A stretch of 51,330 bases of DNA, from positions 1 through 51,330 of the forward strand of contig CAXRCZ010000006.1 of NCBI GenBank assembly GCA_964229335.1, written 5' to 3'. Of this stretch, positions 49,125 to 51,330 are shown in pieces. Each line of letters opens with the position of its first letter. Positions within the stretch are counted from its first letter, which is position 1. The translations under genes were made by a program, and so were the position numbers. Source of the DNA: Minisyncoccia bacterium. Lineage in GTDB: Bacteria > Patescibacteriota > Minisyncoccia > Phycocordibacterales > UBA918. Under the pieces are notes generated by a model. That model saw only the letters and a list, made by a program, of their open reading frames with translations, had not been told where the DNA came from and did not search any database.

Positions 49125-50795
49125 ATGAAAAAAGCAGCAACCACAAGAAAGACGTCCCTCAAAAAGACGCCTAAATACCTCTTTGTAGTCGGGGGAGTTA
49201 TGAGTGGTGTTGGAAAAGGGGTCACCACCTCATCAATCGCTACCTTGCTACAATCTCGCGGTCTCTCAGTCACTGCGCTAAAAATTGATCCATACATCAA
49301 TGTCGATGCCGGCACCATGAACCCAACCGAACATGGGGAAGTGTTCGTACTGGAAGACGGTCTCGAAACTGACCAAGACATGGGTAATTATGAGCGGTTT
49401 CTCAATACTAATTTACCAGCCATCAACTACATGACAACTGGTAGTGTGTATCAGTCAGTCATTCAAAAAGAACGCAATCTAGAATATGGCGGTCGAAATG
49501 TACAGGTAGTGCCCGACATTCCAAATGAGGTAATTAGACGTATCAAATTAGCTCAAAAAGCTGCCGATGCGGATGTGGTATTGATAGAAATTGGTGGGAC
49601 AGTCGGTGAATACGAAAACATTCTTTTTATTGAAGCCATTCGTAGTCTGAAAAGTGATCATCCAGATGATGTGGCGGTAGTGATGGTGAGTTACTTGCCG
49701 GTGCCAGGCAGTATTGGCGAAATGAAGACCAAACCGACGCAACATGCCGTTCGTACCTTGGGCTCAAGCGGTGTCATGCCAGACATTATTATTGCTCGCA
49801 GTAAGGTATCAATTGATAAAAAACGCAAAGAAAAGATTGCCAAGTTCTGCAACGTGCGACCGGAGCATGTTATATCGGCGCCGGATGTACCTAGTATTTA
49901 TGATATTCCGCTAGCCTACGAAGTCGACAAACTATCAACCAAAATTTGCAACATACTAGATCTAACGGTCAAAAAATCTCCCAACCTGAGCGCTTGGAAA
50001 CGCTTTGTCAAAAGCTCAGACACTACTACCGCACCGGTCAAAATTGCTGTGGTAGGAAAGTACTTTAATTCTGGAGACTTCGTTCTGTCTGATGTGTATT
50101 TATCAGTACTAGAAGCTATTAAGTTCTCGGCTTACAAGCTCGGTCTCGAGCCACAGATCTCGTATCTCTCGGCCCAAGAGTTTGAAGATAAGAAGCGGCT
50201 GAAGGAGCTAAAGAAGTATGATGGTATTTTAGTCCCAGGCGGTTTTGGTACGACAGGAATTACCGGTAAGTTGCATGTAATTGAGTATGCTAGAAAGCAA
50301 AAAATTCCATATTTCGGAATCTGTTACGGTATGCAACTAATGGTGCTTGAATATGCCAAGCATGTACTCAAGCTTAAAGATGCCAGTACCGAAGAAATAG
50401 ACCCTAAAGCCCAACATCTAGTAGTTGGTGTGATGGAAGAGCAAAAAGAAAAAATTGCTAACAAAGACATGGGTGGAAGTATGCGTCTAGGTGCTTGTAC
50501 AGCAGTACTAAAGAAAGGAACGATACTACGCCAAGCGTACCGCTCGGCAGAAGTGTCTGAACGACATCGACATCGCTATGAAGTAAATAATGAGTACGTG
50601 CCGCAGCTGGAAGAAAAAGGATTAATTTTCTCAGCCACTTCTCCGGACGGAGGTTTGATGGAGGCGGTTGAACTACCTGAAAAGGACCATCCATTTTATG
50701 TAGGAGTGCAATATCACCCAGAACTACAAGCCAGACCGCTTATCCCACACCCACTATTTACTGCGTTTGTAAAAGCCTCGTACGAGTCAAAATAA
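49125..50795 (+). CDS. pyrG: CTP synthase
   Basis: GGVMSGVGKG, DPYINVDAGTMNP, GICYGMQ, HPE. Confidence 0.98.
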   Translation: MKKAATTRKTSLKKTPKYLFVVGGVMSGVGKGVTTSSIATLLQSRGLSVTALKIDPYINVDAGTMNPTEHGEVFVLEDGLETDQDMGNYERFLNTNLPAINYMTTGSVYQSVIQKERNLEYGGRNVQVVPDIPNEVIRRIKLAQKAADADVVLIEIGGTVGEYENILFIEAIRSLKSDHPDDVAVVMVSYLPVPGSIGEMKTKPTQHAVRTLGSSGVMPDIIIARSKVSIDKKRKEKIAKFCNVRPEHVISAPDVPSIYDIPLAYEVDKLSTKICNILDLTVKKSPNLSAWKRFVKSSDTTTAPVKIAVVGKYFNSGDFVLSDVYLSVLEAIKFSAYKLGLEPQISYLSAQEFEDKKRLKELKKYDGILVPGGFGTTGITGKLHVIEYARKQKIPYFGICYGMQLMVLEYAKHVLKLKDASTEEIDPKAQHLVVGVMEEQKEKIANKDMGGSMRLGACTAVLKKGTILRQAYRSAEVSERHRHRYEVNNEYVPQLEEKGLIFSATSPDGGLMEAVELPEKDHPFYVGVQYHPELQARPLIPHPLFTAFVKASYESK

Positions 50796-50870
50796 GCACT
50801 AAACCCATCATTTGAAGGGTAGTGAGCGATGTGTTAAACTTATACAGTTATCAATAATTGTACAAAATCT

Positions 50871-51272
50871 ATGAAAAAAGGATACAAAGACGACATCGAA
50901 AAGTTGACCTTAGAAAACACTAATTTCCGCAAAGTACTCTACACCGGAGCTAATATGCAGTTGGTTCTCATGACACTGAAACCAGGCGAAGATATTGGTA
51001 GTGAGGTACACCCAGAAAACGATCAATTCTTCCGCTTTGAAGAAGGTTCTGGAAAGGTGGTAATTAACGAGACGGAGTACGATGTAAAAGATGATGATGT
51101 AGTAATCGTGCCGGCTGGTGCAGAGCACAATGTAATCAATACCTCTGACAGCGATGCACTAAAGATGTACACCATCTACACTCCACCGCACCACAAAGAC
51201 CAAATTGTCCGAGCTACTAAGGAAGAAGCAGAGGCCAACGAAGAAGATTTTGACGGAACCACCACTGAATAA
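50871..51272 (+). CDS. Cupin domain protein
   Basis: IGSEVH..NDQFF..EEG, VPAGAEHNVIN. Confidence 0.9.
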   Translation: MKKGYKDDIEKLTLENTNFRKVLYTGANMQLVLMTLKPGEDIGSEVHPENDQFFRFEEGSGKVVINETEYDVKDDDVVIVPAGAEHNVINTSDSDALKMYTIYTPPHHKDQIVRATKEEAEANEEDFDGTTTE

Positions 51273-51330
51273 TCAGTTGGAGTAAAGTAGTAGAGAGTCA
51301 AGAAAAAATATGCTAAGGTAGTGGGGGCCC

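Overview
A gene-dense 51-kb bacterial chromosome segment. Gene content and architecture point to Patescibacteria/CPR, Parcubacteria-like (inference): a complete type IV pilus/competence cluster, many leaderless genes, a short RF2 and standard code 11. In order, it carries a NADAR-like gene, an FMN reductase, a type III R-M pair downstream of tmRNA, smpB, ftsH, tRNA-Ile(UAU), recG, two cold-shock-domain genes, malic enzyme, zupT, tRNA-Ser, mscS, an unannotated superinfection-immunity gene, an ECF sigma/anti-sigma pair facing a large surface protein, comF-pilMNOP-pilB-RR-pilT-pilC-pilins-pilD-minor pilins, ligA, gatCA, an initiator tRNA split by a group I intron, tRNA-Met/Asp/Thr, prfB, ftsEX, pyrG and a cupin. 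The most striking unexplained pattern is a structured trailer behind four tRNA-like genes (tmRNA, tRNA-fMet, tRNA-Met, tRNA-Asp). Each trailer holds a gene-specific antisense copy of that gene's own T-arm/acceptor 3' end. In three of the four, the antisense is split by a hairpin at the same tRNA position (64/65), and in two a sense copy follows. Other oddities are a small transcript with 14-nt complementarity to the canonical 16S 3' end, and a class of SD-led genes ending in Ala-Ala. All calls were made by eye, without database searches.
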